Assembly: GCA_964016885.1 (NCBI GenBank)
Contig: OZ024740.1
Span: 125,116,001 to 125,180,000 of the forward strand
Length of the DNA stretch: 64,000 nucleotides
Reading direction: 5' to 3'
DNA from: Eledone cirrhosa
Lineage: Eukaryota
Part shown: positions 62,851 through 64,000 of the stretch, in pieces
How positions within the stretch are numbered: the stretch's first letter is position 1
How the letters are laid out: each line of letters opens with the position of its first letter
Position numbers and translations under genes: made by a program
The notes under the pieces: model-generated
Seen by the model: the letters and a program-made list of their open reading frames with translations, nothing else
The model's database searches: none
What the model was told of the DNA's origin: nothing

Positions 62851-64000
62851 GTGTAAGTTGAAAGGATGGTTGAGTTTGGTAAGTTTAAAAAACAAATTTA
62901 TTCTACTACATTGTCCTATATCAGAAAGATTTAATGGAAGATTTGTGTTGTCTATGAAAATCTATTTAGCTCAGTGTCTCAGTTCTCATCACTGTAAATA
63001 GGCACCATGGTATAGCTTAATCTCCTAAAGTTGTAAGATGTGCAACTGACAATTGACTTGTTAGCTACCAGTGATGAGGTCAAGGTTTTCCTTGGACTAG
63101 AGTAAATAAAAAGAAATCAAACTAGTGTACTTTTTCTATGAGATATTAAACTCAGCAGTAGGTATACACCTTGTAACATGGCTCACATGTAATTCTGGGT
63201 TCAATACAGCTGCATGGCCCTTTAGGCAAGTGTCTTTTGTCATACTTACTTACTTGTACTTGTGGTGGTGTTTAACCGGGTTGGGTTGAGCCAGTTCCAT
63301 TAAGGAATTCGCATTGTAAGTTCATTTTAATGGAGTTTCTTCAGGCAATTGGTTTCACAAGTGGTGCCCTGCCACAAGTATATACACTTTAGCGAAGTGC
63401 AATCCAAGCATTACATTCGTTATAGTGTCAAGCACTCACTTTCACACCTAACCCAATTTGGTGGAGCCAGTGTCACAGGACCAGCAGAAGTTCACCCCAC
63501 TGCCCAGTTCAGGCATACCAACACATGGCACCATCTTTTATCATAGACTGGTTTCATTCATTGGACTGCTGAGACACTGCAACACTGCTTTGATGGGCTT
63601 TAGTTGATCATATTAACCCCAATACTTTTATAAACCTAATATGAGTGGAGAAGAGAATCAACTTAAGGACACATAAAAGAACACAAAATAATATTTATTA
63701 CCATGTCTGCTATAGAATTGGTACACTCTCCTTGCATGTCATAGAGGCAACTAAACGGATTGTCACAAGGAAATACATCTGGCTGTAATGCATTGTCTCA
63801 AAAAGAACCCTATGTCATAGTATATGCAAGGCTAACTCCTGCTTTAGTAGGGAAAATGGCACTAAAATGCTTGAAATTATTGTAGCATTGTATATTGCAC
63901 AAATTTTGCTTGAAGATAGTAGTTGCATAAATAAATGCAGAGAAAGCCTAGTGGCTGGGACCAATGGAAGAAGCAGCCCCGAAAACATGGGATGAGGTTG

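Overview
AT-rich eukaryotic DNA made almost entirely of transposon debris and microsatellites. I could not recognise any host protein-coding exon, rRNA or tRNA. The repeat types (RTE LINEs with (GAT)n tails, two tRNA-derived SINE families, long (TA)n/(TG)n tracts) suggest a mollusc, probably an octopod cephalopod; this is an inference. Content: two DD37D (maT) Tc1/mariner copies head-to-head (4.6-7.4 kb); at least six RTE LINE copies, one with a 2.3-kb open RT frame carrying a C4HC3 PHD-like finger; a Tx1/L1-type LINE (44.1-49.5 kb); CRE-, R4- and CR1-type fragments; three non-autonomous Helitrons, one nested in a hAT MITE and carrying a GC-rich 172-bp array; a Tc2-like MITE; and many SINEs. 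The most striking feature is a cluster of Penelope-like element ends at 7.4-21.7 kb, mostly abutting (TA)n. They carry seven type I hammerhead ribozyme motifs (five with a canonical core, two with a core or cleavage-site mutation), five fold-back palindromes, and a shared GAGTRCT heptamer near the 3' end. In three of the palindromes the fold-back lies inside hammerhead stem II, so only the 3' half of the ribozyme remains, duplicated. Coordinates of degenerate elements are approximate and were read by eye.
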